NCBI GenBank assembly: GCA_052426225.1
Contig: JBNJNM010000023.1
Location: forward strand, 806,001-870,000
Origin: Zancudomyces culisetae HAW-14-8
Taxonomy: Eukaryota > Fungi > Kickxellomycota
Length of the DNA: 64,000 nt
Direction: 5' to 3'
Made by a program: the position numbers and the translations under genes. Positions 43,798 to 57,199 of this stretch are shown here, one piece after another. The notes beneath the pieces were generated by a model. The model was not told the origin of the DNA. It made no database searches and worked only from the letters and a program-made list of their open reading frames with translations. Each line of letters starts with the position of its first letter. Within the stretch, counting starts at the first letter, position 1.

Positions 43798-44833
43798 CCT
43801 TGCTTTTTTCCCCCCTCTGATCAGATTATTTCTGTTATTTTTGTTGTTATTTATGATATTGTAATTTCCACTATCGCAATTTCATCTTTTATTGTAGGCC
43901 CTTTTTTTTAAAAAAAAAAAGTTCAATTTCTATAGTCTTGATGTTGAAGAATATGGGTGTCTCTTATCGCACAAATCTATTACACCTATCTTGTTGAAAT
44001 CACAAAATCTAATCAACCTGTATATCATTCACCGAAATCTCTCAAAATTATTGCAAGGGCCCATTATTTGCAAATGTTTAGATGTAACAAAAAATAAAAA
44101 TAAAAATAAAATAAACCACAAAACCGTCCAAATAAACAGCAATACCCGCAAATAAACCGATTATTTCTGCGATTTTGGATATACAAAACGTAAAAATGTA
44201 GCCCAATAGGAAATAAGTATTAACAAATTTCAGATTTCATACTCCATTGCTATCTTCGCCTCTACCCTTGCCATCCCCCCCCCCCTCCTGCCGTCGTACA
44301 TTGGTTTATGTGGGGAACTTCCCTTACTACATTCTGACTTTGAACTCAGCATACATGCAAAATAACTATATTGTACCTAGTATAAGCGTTTTCTTTTCTT
44401 TCTATCGCAATTTTATCTGGCCACTACATATAACCCAAAGCAAAACTTATCTTTTTATGATTTTGTGTTTGCAGCCAGGCTCGCAAAATCTGCCTGCCAT
44501 TCGGAATTGCCAAATCAAAACTGGAAATGTGTCTATGGCATCTATGTCGCTTCCATTGTTCAATCCGGTGAATAAATTCACAAATTTCATTCGTTTATTC
44601 GCCAGAAATATTTTACACGTATTACCTCCAATTCATTAACCACAACCACTATCCTCCCCCATTTTTGTGTATGTAATTATTTGTTTATTTTACAATGAAA
44701 GACAATACAAGGTCTTTAATAAAATTCTGTATTTATCCAAGATAGTTTTTTTTCCAGAGTGAATAAAAAAAGTACAACTTGAAATTGAAATAGCTAGAAT
44801 ACTAAAAGCCCTTAGGAAAGGAAAGCGGACAAA

Positions 44834-45490
44834 ATGAAGATCAAACAGCTGCTGCTATCAACTATATTCTTAACCTCAACCTATTCACTATACTTTAAGC
44901 TACCAGCCCTCCCACAAAACAAACTCACGAGAAAATGTATATCACAATGGATCCCAAAAGATTTACCAGTTAAAGTGCAAATTTCAAACGAGCAGAAGCA
45001 ACCCGGACAGACTCTATCGGTGACAATCAAAGATGACAGTCCGAATTCCAATCAGTATGCGGCACAATCAGGCATTTTGAAACAAAATTTTGAATTTGTT
45101 ACCCAATCCCATGCCAACGTCATGGTATGCTTTGAAAATCTGTTGACTGACAACAACGTAGCAAATTCCCAACAGCATTCTGACTATTATAGCGAAGTCT
45201 ATTTAAAGATGGAGTCGGGTGCAAGTTCAGTAGACTTTCTCAAGATGCAATTAGATTCCAAACTCAATCCTATTGAAGTTGAAATGCGTAGACTCGAATC
45301 TAATCTCGAGGATGTACAGGAAAGTCTGGCCTACCTCAAGATTCGTGAAGGAAGGCTGCGAGATATGAGCGAAATTGTAAATTCCCGCGTCAGTACCTTT
45401 AGCATTCTTACCTTGTTGATCTTGATTTCCATCACCGTTTCGCAGGTCTTTTACTTGAGGAGATTTTTCAAAGCCAAGAAGCTCATCTAA
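44834..45490 (+). CDS. ERV25: p24-delta cargo receptor (emp24/gp25L family)
   Basis: Signal peptide, GOLD-domain Cys pair, KLNPIEVEMRRLE coiled coil, TM, RRFFKAKKLI tail. Confidence 0.9.
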   Translation: MKIKQLLLSTIFLTSTYSLYFKLPALPQNKLTRKCISQWIPKDLPVKVQISNEQKQPGQTLSVTIKDDSPNSNQYAAQSGILKQNFEFVTQSHANVMVCFENLLTDNNVANSQQHSDYYSEVYLKMESGASSVDFLKMQLDSKLNPIEVEMRRLESNLEDVQESLAYLKIREGRLRDMSEIVNSRVSTFSILTLLILISITVSQVFYLRRFFKAKKLI

Positions 45491-45949
45491 CGCGCTTTTT
45501 ACAATATCTCATTTTTTCTGCTTTGTTTTCCATCTATTCTCGCACTTATTTTCTGTTGCATGATATATTATTTTTGTTTTAAATAAATGTGCGCTCACTA
45601 TATGAAGACGGCATAAGCTCAAAACATATGTTATAAAGTTTTACGCGGTCTTTAATATTGGCCACACAACCACTTTACAATATAGTAAAATTTTATAGAA
45701 AAGTAGGTTCTGGGCTGGCTTTGGTCATTATCAACTCCAGGCGATTATCATACTGGCCTTTCCGTAACACTGTTTTGTGTCATCACTTTTAAAATTACTC
45801 TGGTATTAATCCTATCAAGACAAGGCGATCTCAAGTAAACCAAAGTGAAATATTATATACTGGTAAAAACACAAAAGATGGGTTTATTTAATACCAGTCA
45901 CATGATATACCATTAATTCACTGAAACTAAACATATAACAAAATTCACT

Positions 45950-46441
45950 CTATGGTTTTATGTATTGATTATATAATCGGGAAAGTCTCAGTAGATCACC
46001 CGGATTTAGCTCGACACCTTCCTCTTTCATAACCTGTTGAACTCTAGCGGCCTGTGCCTTAAAGTCGGAATCGGCAATCATTTTCATCAGCTTCCAACTT
46101 GAAATGTTTCCGCTCATATTTTTTGGATCGCTTGTGTCAATGTATCCTTTCTTTTCCATCAGCGAGATAGTTTCTCTAAAAACCTCTAGAATTTTTGCAT
46201 TTGTCAGAATCTTTTGCGCCACAGGATCAGTAAATACATTTTCGTTGTCGTTATTCTCTGTTCCCGTTGCATATGTCCTTGTAGTTGTTGTAGGGGACAA
46301 CTGATTCTGCTGTAGCAACATTCCCTTTTTAACGGTTAAAAACAAACTTCTACCTCCATACCTCGCATAACTGTGCGTGGAGAACCCCCTTCTGATTAGA
46401 AAGAGTTTCGCGTACCTTACAGTGCAACTTAATCGATTCAT
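45950..46441 (-). CDS. Hypothetical protein with mitochondrial-presequence-like N-terminus
   Basis: 163-aa ORF, Arg-rich acid-free N-terminus, helical C-terminal part. Confidence 0.65.
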   Translation of the reverse strand: MNRLSCTVRYAKLFLIRRGFSTHSYARYGGRSLFLTVKKGMLLQQNQLSPTTTTRTYATGTENNDNENVFTDPVAQKILTNAKILEVFRETISLMEKKGYIDTSDPKNMSGNISSWKLMKMIADSDFKAQAARVQQVMKEEGVELNPGDLLRLSRLYNQYIKP

Positions 46442-46843
46442 TGTATCTTGTTTTTAGAAGTTTATTTTTTAGGAACAGAAAATGGTCAAAATCCTTTCTG
46501 TCTATCAACCATACTTTTTTATAGGTGAAAAAAGTGGGTTATTTTATTTTGTTTTTGCTTTTTTTTGGCTAACCAGGTTCCAATCCTCAATACTAATGCA
46601 CAAACTTGATATGGGTGTTACATAAAAACAATGTTGTGTTTGTAAAAATACGTGAATAATATGATGCACACCTACACTATTCGCCAAGAAATGTCTTTTA
46701 GCTAATACACTGAATCATTTAATTTGGATATCTGTCACAAATCTGATTTATTCTAGCGTTGTGGTTCTTTTGAAAAATCAGCAAAAATGAGGATAACGAA
46801 AAAAATGCAACAAATGCAAAAAATAACAAAAAATAATACATAA

Positions 46844-48400
46844 TCACATGTTGTGTTCCGCCTTATATACAGCCCAAGCATGGGTTAGCACAGAAAAGAC
46901 ATTTTTTGCCAAAACAATACGTCTGGTATCTACATCCATCGAAAGCTTATCTGGATGAATTTGTGCCAAAGTCCTGGTGTAAACCTTCTTTACTGATTTG
47001 GAATCCAGCAAGTCGGAAAGGTTTATGGGCTCAATCCACTTATACACAACATGTATGGATGTCAATAGCGCCAAGAGATTATTTTCTTTGTCTAGTCTCC
47101 ATCTATCAACGATAACAAGCACCTCATCTTCGTGTTTTTGAAGTACAGACACTTTATTTTCAGTACCGTTTTTGGGTTTTGAAGGCATTCTTCCAACGTT
47201 TGTAGTATTGAACGGTTTCTTTGCCTCTAAATGCAGATTTTTCTTTTTACCTTTACCCTTTGGTTTACATCTTTCAATACCTGCTCTTGCTTTACTAAAT
47301 GTTCCCTGGTCGATCTTCATCTCCAATACCTTTTTATAGTCATCTAGTGCAAACTCGTAGTTCTCCTTGCCTTCCCAAATCTCGGCTCTCCTTAGATACG
47401 CCTTCATTAATTGGTTTTCACCAATACCTCCGTTTCCAGAACTTTCTATATGTAGATTTATGACTTTTTCACTGTCACGCAAAGAGTGTTCAAAATCTCC
47501 CATTTTTAAATAGCTTTGAGCTCTATTGTTATACATGATTGCTTTTAGGCTTTTTACTTCAGGGTTTCGATCTATAATGGCTAGCAACTCGGAATACACC
47601 TTGCTAGCCTCCTCGTACTGTCCTAGTCTGTATAATGCATTCGCTTTACGCTTCTCTTCCTCAATACGCGCTTCAACCTCAACAACACCTAGTAGTTCTG
47701 ATGTATCTTCATCCATACTATTTCCAGTGTTCCTAAAGTTCATACCAGTTCCCATACCTCCATTCTGAAATATATCTGCATCAAATAAACTCTTTCCCTC
47801 CTGTATCCCTGGCCCTCCAGGCGAGCCGTCAAAACCCATGCGATTGACTGTCTTATCCCCAGCAGGTTTGTTTAGATTAGGAGCCACAAACTCGAAATTC
47901 CCACTTTGATTCTTGATACCAACGTCCCTATTGTAGTTACTAGTCCCAGGATTTGTATTCTTTATAGTTGATTGAAATAAATCAAAATTCCAAACATCTT
48001 TTTTCTCCTTTGGACTTTCTTTCTTTTCACTATTTTTGACTACCGCTGGAAAAGTAACAAATTCACTAAACAAATCTGAATGTTCCTTTTCTTTGTTCCG
48101 AAAGGTTTTTTTAGGAGGGTTTTTTCTATTTTCATCCGTTCCTAGTCCTTCCGAGACGCTCGAATGCGCAGTTTTATGGCTCCTGTCGCGCCCCAAATCA
48201 AATAAATCCAACTCCTCGAATAGACTTATATTACCCACATTTGCACTCCCAGCTTTCAAGCTTGTTTGGTTGTTTTTAGTATTTAATGGTTCCCTGTGTG
48301 AAATACCAAAAGAATTCCTTGCTGTTGGTATTTGAGCTAGCACATTGGCGCCGTTTTCTTGTTTGCTTTCGCCTGATAGTAGATCTATTTTCCTATTCAT
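46844..48400 (-). CDS. SWA2: Auxilin-like clathrin-uncoating factor (TPR + C-terminal J domain)
   Basis: Three TPRs, KENNLLALLTSI, IHPDKL, F..L..AW. Confidence 0.85.
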   Translation of the reverse strand: MNRKIDLLSGESKQENGANVLAQIPTARNSFGISHREPLNTKNNQTSLKAGSANVGNISLFEELDLFDLGRDRSHKTAHSSVSEGLGTDENRKNPPKKTFRNKEKEHSDLFSEFVTFPAVVKNSEKKESPKEKKDVWNFDLFQSTIKNTNPGTSNYNRDVGIKNQSGNFEFVAPNLNKPAGDKTVNRMGFDGSPGGPGIQEGKSLFDADIFQNGGMGTGMNFRNTGNSMDEDTSELLGVVEVEARIEEEKRKANALYRLGQYEEASKVYSELLAIIDRNPEVKSLKAIMYNNRAQSYLKMGDFEHSLRDSEKVINLHIESSGNGGIGENQLMKAYLRRAEIWEGKENYEFALDDYKKVLEMKIDQGTFSKARAGIERCKPKGKGKKKNLHLEAKKPFNTTNVGRMPSKPKNGTENKVSVLQKHEDEVLVIVDRWRLDKENNLLALLTSIHVVYKWIEPINLSDLLDSKSVKKVYTRTLAQIHPDKLSMDVDTRRIVLAKNVFSVLTHAWAVYKAEHNM

Positions 48401-49298
48401 TATACCCTTGTTTTTTTTTGTTTTTTTGTTTTATTTCATTTATACATCTACATCAAGCATATGGCGGCATATACTCTATATAAAAAATAGATATGTTTTT
48501 CTATAGGATATTAGAATTGAAAATTGGATATACTTTTAATGAAGCTGCTTCGAAAAGTATTTTTATATGATATTATTAAGCGATTTCGAAGTACAGCTGG
48601 CCAGTTTAATTAAGTTTAATAAATTTTGTGTCTAAATTTACACCATTTTCGAATTTGAAATCCAGTGAATTTTGATCAAATAGAAGCTCATATACTAGCA
48701 ATTCACATTGCAAACTGAAATCCGACCTTTGGGAAGGCAAAAATGACATTGCCAAATAGAAATTTTCTCAGCATGCTAGACGCTCAGAACAAAAAAAAAG
48801 TGCAAGTTCATACTTATATATGTACAAAGAGCATAGAGCATAGCGCATAGAGCATATTTATTACTAGTATTGCTTGCTCGCTTTTGTAGTTTTACTCTAC
48901 AAGAAAATTCAAACATCGGTTTTGAAACTCACATCAAGGTTTAGCTCTTTTTTTTTTTTTTCAGTTTTACTTGCTTAGCGACTTTGGGCATCCTCAGTAA
49001 GCAACTTTTCCCCAGAAAGACGTTTTCATAAACTTTCAAAAAGCTTTAGCGGCAAAAACATCATAGTTGAAGTCTTAAAGTGATATTGCGCACCAGTTGA
49101 CAAAAATAGAGCCAGCTGCTTCAAGAGTGTAGTTCCTATATTATTTTTTATTTATATATATACCTATTTCGGTTTATACAATCAAATTATTTAACAGAAT
49201 GCTAACTGAAATACTAACTTCAAGAAGTAAGCAATATTAAGCGAATATTTAAAATATGTTGAAGTATAACTTGACTAAACTTGTAAAGGGTTTTTTTT

Positions 49299-49757
49299 CT
49301 AGTAAAGTGGGTATGCCTCAATAACCAGAGAGCCGTATGTATTATTGAAACTTGATTGGTAAGTGTTCATAGTATTCATCAAGTTGAACATTGTGCCAAC
49401 TTCAGGTTTCCAAGCATCTTTTGGAACTTCTGCAATCTTTGTAAATTGACTGGAAACGTGGAGATACCATGTTGTGTTGGTAGCTAGATCTTTGTACGTT
49501 GAGAACTGCGGATGTGGATATTTGTTTGCATAATTAGTTGAAGGGGGTACCATACTTTGTAGCTTGCTTCCGACCGCGGCTGGAATGGTTTTGAAGTTCT
49601 TTCCAAACGCTCTGGACATCATTATTGTACATGGGTATCCCGCAACCTGGCATTTTTCAGTTCCACAGTTTACCCATGCATTTTTGTTGTTACCACATGT
49701 ATAAGATGAGGCTAAACCTAAAAAAAGGGCAGCGGTTGAGATTATGGTCGGTTTCAT
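49299..49757 (-). CDS. Small secreted protein with N-terminal 4-Cys module
   Basis: Signal peptide MKPTIISTAALFLGLASS; 152 aa; no recognised family. Confidence 0.75.
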   Translation of the reverse strand: MKPTIISTAALFLGLASSYTCGNNKNAWVNCGTEKCQVAGYPCTIMMSRAFGKNFKTIPAAVGSKLQSMVPPSTNYANKYPHPQFSTYKDLATNTTWYLHVSSQFTKIAEVPKDAWKPEVGTMFNLMNTMNTYQSSFNNTYGSLVIEAYPLY

Positions 49758-51477
49758 GTTTTTTCTTTGTTATATTTTCCTATTTGAACTGGTTTATTTT
49801 TACACTGATCGCTTTGAGAAAAACTAATATAACAATTAATAGGTGAGATGGAAAATATTTTACTTTTGGTTTATAATTAGATTGCGATTTGTGGTGTTTA
49901 TAAACATATCTTTTATGTTAAAAGCATGATACGAATGTTCCTTGTAGTATCCATCCTTTTTTATTCAGATAATACGGCAGAAAAGAGCCGGGGTTAGACC
50001 ATATGCGTATAACTGGAAATGCCGTGTAGCTTGTATAGCTACGCAACTAATGGAAGTGAGCTAAAATGTATTTATGCAAATGCTACACGTATTTTCCACA
50101 AGAATCGGTGTTGCAGAAAAGCGCAAAAGCCACTTTTTTTTTATTGCAGTTTATTGGCGCAGTGTGAGTAGGTTTTAAATGCTCAAATCCGGAATTATCA
50201 CAACAGTACATGATCTATGTACAATGCATGTATTTTTTTTTTTATTTAAGCTAGGTTACACACATTTCTTGCCAGTTTTTTGTATTGTGGATTAACGAGT
50301 TGAGTATGTTACTAGAACAACGAATATTCCATTTATATGCCCTTTACTAAGAATGAATTAGAATCTTTCTGGAACTATCCTCCTCCCACTCCCTTCACGG
50401 CGAGCCTACTTACAAAAGCCTTGGGGATGCATTAGTTTTTTTTTTGTTTTTTTTATACAAATTATCACGGATTCTGTTGTGTTATTTCTTTTTATTATTC
50501 CAAAATTATTGACAAGGAATTAATTGATTTAATCAACTGCACAGTTTTGGATAAGGTCAATCATTAAGAAACGTCCACTAGAGCATTAATGGATTTTATT
50601 TTTGCAAAGCGGGTTTATTAAATAGGTGCTGCATAGCACTAACAAAAAAGGAATCCTGCATAGTATCTATCTAACCAATCGCTCCCCCTTCCTCTAGGGA
50701 ATTCATATACACTGGAAGTTCAGTTCACAAAGGTTGATTACACTCTGAGTTGTCCTAAGATAATCTTTTTTTTTTGTTGGGTACATTTACCGAAGATATT
50801 CATTTAAACTGCCAATACTCTATCCAAGGATCTAGTTGTATCCAGCTCGACTAAAAATAATACTTATATTTCTTTCTCCTCCAAGGAGCCTCTTGTTAGC
50901 AATTTATCAGCTTTTCTATTCTCTAACTCCATGACATTCGCTTTCATGTACTAAAATTTAATCTTGCTAGTTTTAATCTAGTTTTGTAGACATTTGTAAT
51001 ACAACTCCAGTTAGTAACATAGTTTTGAGAAAACAAAATACTCCGTTATAATATGAATCGAAAGAACCCTAATATAAAATATATACACCCCTTACCCCCT
51101 TACCCCCTTACCCCCTCTCCCCCCCCCCCCGCCTCGTTCTCCTTAGTCGGCATTACTGCTTTATATGTCAATTTTATTACTTAATTGAGAAAATTCTGCT
51201 ATGTTAAAAGATAAACGCTACTATAAATTTAAACTTAAATGTTAATGTTAAAATAACAAAAAATATATAACAAGAGCATAGACAATCTAAAAAATTTCAA
51301 CTCCGAGTTTAGGCCCTTATCTAACGAGGTTATCTAATGCACTAAGTTAATGAGTTCATGGAAATGCTGTACTAGCGGTCATTGTCACTAAAAAAAATAA
51401 AGAACACTCATGTAGTGCGAGATACTCTTGTTATTTATAATGAAAGTTGGCCCCAGTGGTAAAAAAATGGCCTTTCT

Positions 51478-53365
51478 TTATATCACAGGACTGAATTTAT
51501 TGGGCGTCGGGCTTTTTTGTTGTAGCTTTCCACGAGAATCAAACATTCCAGTACGCAAGCTACCGTCGGCCTGCTTCTCCATACTAGCACTGGGCTCTTT
51601 GTAAACAGTTGTGCTTAGTGATTTATATCCATCAATGCTCCCCACTTTTCCTTTTTCTTTTCCTGAAGAGAATGGATCGCTAGATACGTTTTCGTTTATT
51701 TCTTTAGATATAATCTCGTAAGAATCATTCTCATCTTCAAACATAGTAGACCCTCTAGATGACAGATTTTTAGGACTAACTCTGTTATGGAATGATTCGG
51801 AAAGCTCAGTAATTTTTTTTGTCGTGTGACAATCATAATCAACTCTTGTTTTATTTTCGTCGTACGAATTTGAGGTCTTTTCAGATGCATCACTACTTTT
51901 TCGAGACCCCTGTTCCTCTTTGCTACTCTCACCAGTTTCACCGTCGTTTTTTGCTGATTGCTCATCAATACCAGTTCCAGTGGGCAATACACCCTGCGTA
52001 GTTGCAGAAATGCTCGACCTAACTCCCAGTGGGTTTTTGGAGTAACTCAAACGAATTCCGCCATTTATTGAGGTTGAAAGAAGGTAACCATCGTAATCAA
52101 TCAATGCGTTTGCTGCACAATCGACATCTTGGAACTCTACAAAGCACATAGGCCCGGTTTTTGGCTTTGTGCGGAAACACATTCTTTTATATCCCTTTGC
52201 AGATTGAAACAGTTGGCGCAGCTCCTCCTCCCTAGTATTTACAGGCAAGTTTCCCACATAAAGCGTATTACATGGTGGATTTTGATCGTTAAAATTAGTG
52301 CTTCGGGTCGTTGCCGTTCTTGCGAGTCCAGGTGCTGGTGGCAGGGGTGCGTTTTGAAGCGGCGCAGTTATAGGTACAGAGACACTTGGCTGCATTCCAA
52401 CTGGATTTAGATTGTTTGTGATTATACTCAGAGAATCAAAGCGAGATCTAAACGAACCAAGGTCCATGTTGCTATTTCTATTTAGTAACGCGTTGTCTAA
52501 AGTTCCACGACGCTCGGATTGAGTCTTCGCCAACCCAATTCCACCTTGTCTAAGTGAATCGTAGTACATTGGATCCTGGCCACCAATAGGAACCTCTCCG
52601 AATCCACCCTGTAGCATTTGGCCTTCTCCCGTTAAACGATTTTGGTTTAATGTGTCGTTTAGTGTACTAGAAGCGTTTCTCCCGCGAAACAACGGGTTGG
52701 AACTGATCACGTTTTCTGAAAAATCAAACGCTCTCCCGCTGGAATAGGGCATATTGAAGGGGTGCGCCGAAGAAAAGCCACTGGTGTTCACTCCATTGAA
52801 CCCCCTCATTGCTCTCGCAGAATACGGGAATGCACTGCCATACTCCAAGCCCAGTTGGCCTATGCTTCCAGAACCCGATCCTTTCTTTGTGTGTAAATTT
52901 TTCTTGGCCATTTCTGCCTTAATTACACAATTTGATTCATTGTCGATTTTTCTACCTGTCAGGATGTCCCTTGCTTCAAGTGCTTCAACTCTGGAGCGGA
53001 ACTTTGCAAATCCAATCTATTTAAAACAAATACATTATTACTATCAATATCCATTTTTACCTCTATCTCCATCTCTATTCAAGACCACTCTTTCAAACAT
53101 AAACACTTTAATATAACCCTTTTTTGGAATTATCTCCCCCCCCCCCCCTACGTCTTTCCTTTTTTATTTAATAAATCAAAAAACTTACTATCTGTTTTTT
53201 GCCACCAGTGACTGAATCTTTCTCTGTCTCCTCTTGTGAGGGAAACTTCAATGTTGCTGCTTCAAACCCGGGCGAGAATATAAACATGTTTTGGAACTCT
53301 CTTTCTCTAATGTCTTCCGGGAACCCAACAACAAAAATGGTGGTAATTTCCTCGTTTGGATTCAT
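51478..53365 (-). CDS. Two-RRM RNA-binding protein, Whi3/Scw1 family (exons ~53365-53189, 53016-51478)
   Basis: [20 protein letters not shown]...IGFAKF...[10 protein letters not shown] and [15 protein letters not shown]...GPMCFVEF...[16 protein letters not shown]; start uncertain. Confidence 0.88.
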
Positions 53366-55834
53366 CGTTTCTTTACACTTTTTTTTTGAGTACAATATAT
53401 CAGCTGAAATATTATAAATTTTTCCAATACCTGAAATACAAAAATTAGGTATCAGTTCTTTTGAGTGTCTAATAAGAGTTGCTCTTTAGGAATTTTTTTC
53501 CGTTCGACGTTCAACAGTGTTGCGATTGCGTGCTAGTCAGAATACTTTAGCTTTTTGTCGTTCTTAGATACACAGGTTTGATTTTAATGATTTCCAGGAT
53601 ACTATGGCTATTAAAAATACACTATGATTCTATTATATACCTCTATGTTCTATGTTCTTTTTTTCTATTGTTAAATAGCACTCAAGCTAAATTCAACACG
53701 GTAAATTATGAGAATAAGGTTGCAAATTATGTGTTTACAGGTGGTCGATGTATGACTTTGTTTTATAATTTTGGTTTGGTGCTTGGGAATATCGATAGCT
53801 GCTTTTGCCTAGCTGTATTAAAAAGAAGAGATGTAATCTTGCTTTTATATGAGACTAAATGTTTCGTTCCTAATGGTGAGTCTAAACTGATATTTTTCTA
53901 CTCTTCTTCTTGGTAGGGACTTTAACACCTCGATTGTCTTTTGAGTCTTATACAGCGTAACTCCTAAGAATTGAGGCCTTTCTGGGTATGAATATTGTGT
54001 GTATAATAACCTATTTAAGTGCAAAATCGTTGCAATAGTTTGATATTTTTTTAGTTTGAAAAAAAAGCGTATTTTTCTTGTTGCGTTTGTAAGAGTTAAG
54101 GATGTCTATCACAATATGCTTTGCTAATTGGCGGTCTAGGGGTGAATGGATATATATACATATAAATATACACGTATAGCTCAGAAAAGTAATAACTGTA
54201 TTTCTATAAGTACTTCTCAACACATGTAAAGAGAGTTTGGCGCAATGTAAGATATTTATAGTTTTTTTCTAAAAATATATGTCTGTAAACTCGCACATCC
54301 ATTTACAACTATATTTTTGCATTTACTTTTCAAATACCAAGCTTATAATATCACGCGTGTAATATTTTTTTTCCTGACGTTTAATTGGTTTTTTTGCTTT
54401 ATGTTTTTCTAAAAATTGGCAAATGAACTTAGTGCTATCCACACTAGCCGATCAATGTTACACGTTGATAGCTGTATTACAAAGGACATCTATTTTTTTC
54501 TTCTTTTTAATCTAATAAGTGCTGGAGCTTCGCTGGAGTACATGGTTTATGGGCGTCCATACGAATTTCAATTATTACCCGAAAGATCTCGACTAAAATT
54601 GATTAAACCCAAGCTTTTTACCACACTTTTCTTTATAAATTAAACTCGCTTTAGAAGCGTTTATTAGTTATTTGTTTATGCTCCGTAAGTCAAGCTTGAG
54701 TCTTTTTCCAGTTATATTCCAGATACAACGATTTGATTAATAATTTTTTATGCACATAAGTATTTTGGCTTTGCGTGTTCTCAACAATATGTGCTCCCAC
54801 ACCTCCTCCCCCTCCTATGCCGTTATTTTCAATTTCTTGAGTAAAAACTCACAAACCACATTGTAATATTTAATACTGCACCATTTTGCTTTTTTTTTGC
54901 TGTTATTTTTTGTGGGCCTAAAGATGGTGGATAAAAAAGTGCAGAGCAGTATTAGCTTTACCAAAATGTGATAAAATTAAGAGAACTGCGCTCCGCATTT
55001 CCCTGGCCGCTCATGATACATTTTTTAATTGATTTGCTGCCGAACCTGTCTAAAAAAAAATAAAAGACTATCATTTTTGATACCTACTGGTGGCATAAAT
55101 TTTACGCAAATTGGAAGTAAAATAACATCCATGATCCTAAAAATACGATCCAATAGAGAGGCGGGTGATAGGCGTATATGCGCTAACCAACGTGTTTTTG
55201 TAGAATATCCACCAAATAGCAATGAAACCTTAAAAACATGGCCACCAATACCACATATTCAAGATAAATGAAGTTGTAGTGTTTGTACGTGGCCAGGACG
55301 GGATAAATGGCATTGCCTATTTTTTTATTTTTTTATTGTAGCACACACATATCAAAGCCACTGTGATACGTGTTTATTCAACCGAGACATTTATGTTGCT
55401 GTTGTTCTCTTGGAACACCTTTGTTCCCCTACTGATTAAAATGTATGTTTGCTCTAAAAATATAAAAATAAAAACTACACACAAGCTTTCCCATTGCAGT
55501 AATTGAAGCAGTGTGGTCACAAATGACTTTGTTAAACAACCCAGCAAGGTTTGTGAGTAGCAAAACCCCATCCCGGCTACCTACCAATTAATTACACCTA
55601 TGCACCACAACGATCTGAGTGTGTGTGGTGTATAGTTTTAAAATATCGAAATGGTTTTGTTTTATTTTATTTTTTTGGGGCACCTGGGTAAGCGCATGAT
55701 CTCGGTATAGATGAGGAAGCAAGTGATTATGATTAGAATGCTAAAGCCGCAATTTGATAAATTAAAAAAAAATAGAAGAAAAAGGTTTGCCTAAGGATGT
55801 CTAAAAAAAATTAACAAAACCTGGTATATAAAAT

Positions 55835-57199
55835 TTATAAAACTCTGTCCATTCTTCTAAAAACACTTAATACTGCGGATACAACCTCTTCAACTTGCAT
55901 GCTAGCTACATCTGATTCGGAAACGTCCGTGTATATTGGTGAATCACGAACGTAGGGCCAATGACCATATATATTGAGTAACTCCTCCGCACGCATAAAC
56001 GCATGATCCCTTGTTTCCATATCAAGATGGTTCAATGGGTTTTCCAAAACATTTCCCGCACAAGCCGCACATACTAGGCATACCCTCCGCAATAAAGCAA
56101 ACAAGTTATTTGTCTCGTTCGGATAATATTTTGAGTGTTCAACAGTAATAATCTTCAAGCGACCAGTTAGATTTGACAAGTTGATAGTTGATGAAGCCAT
56201 AGACGTGCTGTTCAGCTGTTGAGAGACTCCGCTACCTGCAGATCGATTTAATAATGCAGCTGAGCGTGGAAGGTTGAGTGTATCGAAAACGCGCAAAATG
56301 ATTTCATTTTTTGCTTTGTAATCTTGTACGGGATGTGTTGCCATGTCAAAAAACACAAAATTCTTTTTCTCGGTACGTAGTATCCCCTTGTCTACTAATC
56401 CTTTTGAAAGTCTTTCGCGTACTTGCTTGAGTTGGAACCCTGCCTTTGAAATGCTCCATGTTTCGCCTATTTGTATTTTAAGCCCTACCATTCTATCCTA
56501 TTCTTCACATTTGTGGTATTCATCTTCCGAAAACCGGAAAAAGGCTTTTTCTAAAAATAGAATAAAATAAATGGGTTACCACTTAGCAAATCTACCCATG
56601 AGCTCACACTCCTAATCTTATCCGTATTTTTCAGCACTTTGAGTGTTTCATCTAGTAGCACCTCCCCTGTAGGTGCAGCAGAAATAACTTCAATCAATCT
56701 ATCTGCCACATCTACTACTCCTGTATATGCATCCTTTTTTATCCTTATTCTCTTTCTAAGTGCCAATTCGATAATCATACAGCCACGCAGAACATATGAT
56801 AAACTATCATTCCAAAATGACAAATACCCCTAAAAAAACAAAAATATACGTCAAACCTGGGTTTCTTGTAGCCTTTATTTTATGTTATGATTAATGTTAA
56901 ATTAGTACCAAAATGCTTTTTTTAAAAATTCACAATTGGTTCTCAAAAAAAACGGATAATACTAATGTAGAGCAAAGATACTTTACCTCACTATCCTTTA
57001 TACCTAAAAGGATCAATTCCTCAAGTAAAGACAACTTGGGACAGTCAATGGTTTTTGTTGAATTAAACGTCCCCTTCCCTTGGGCCTCAGGTGTGTTGTT
57101 AACACTGGACCGTTGCCTCAATGTGCCAGATCCAAGATCATCATCGTTTTGTTTTGCGCCAGCCACTTTCCTTCGTGTAATGCCAACGTTCTGCGACAT
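55835..57199 (-). CDS. VPS74: Golgi phosphoprotein 3 / Vps74 (exons 57199-56987, 56829-56580, 56466-55835)
   Basis: [73 protein letters not shown]. Confidence 0.93.
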
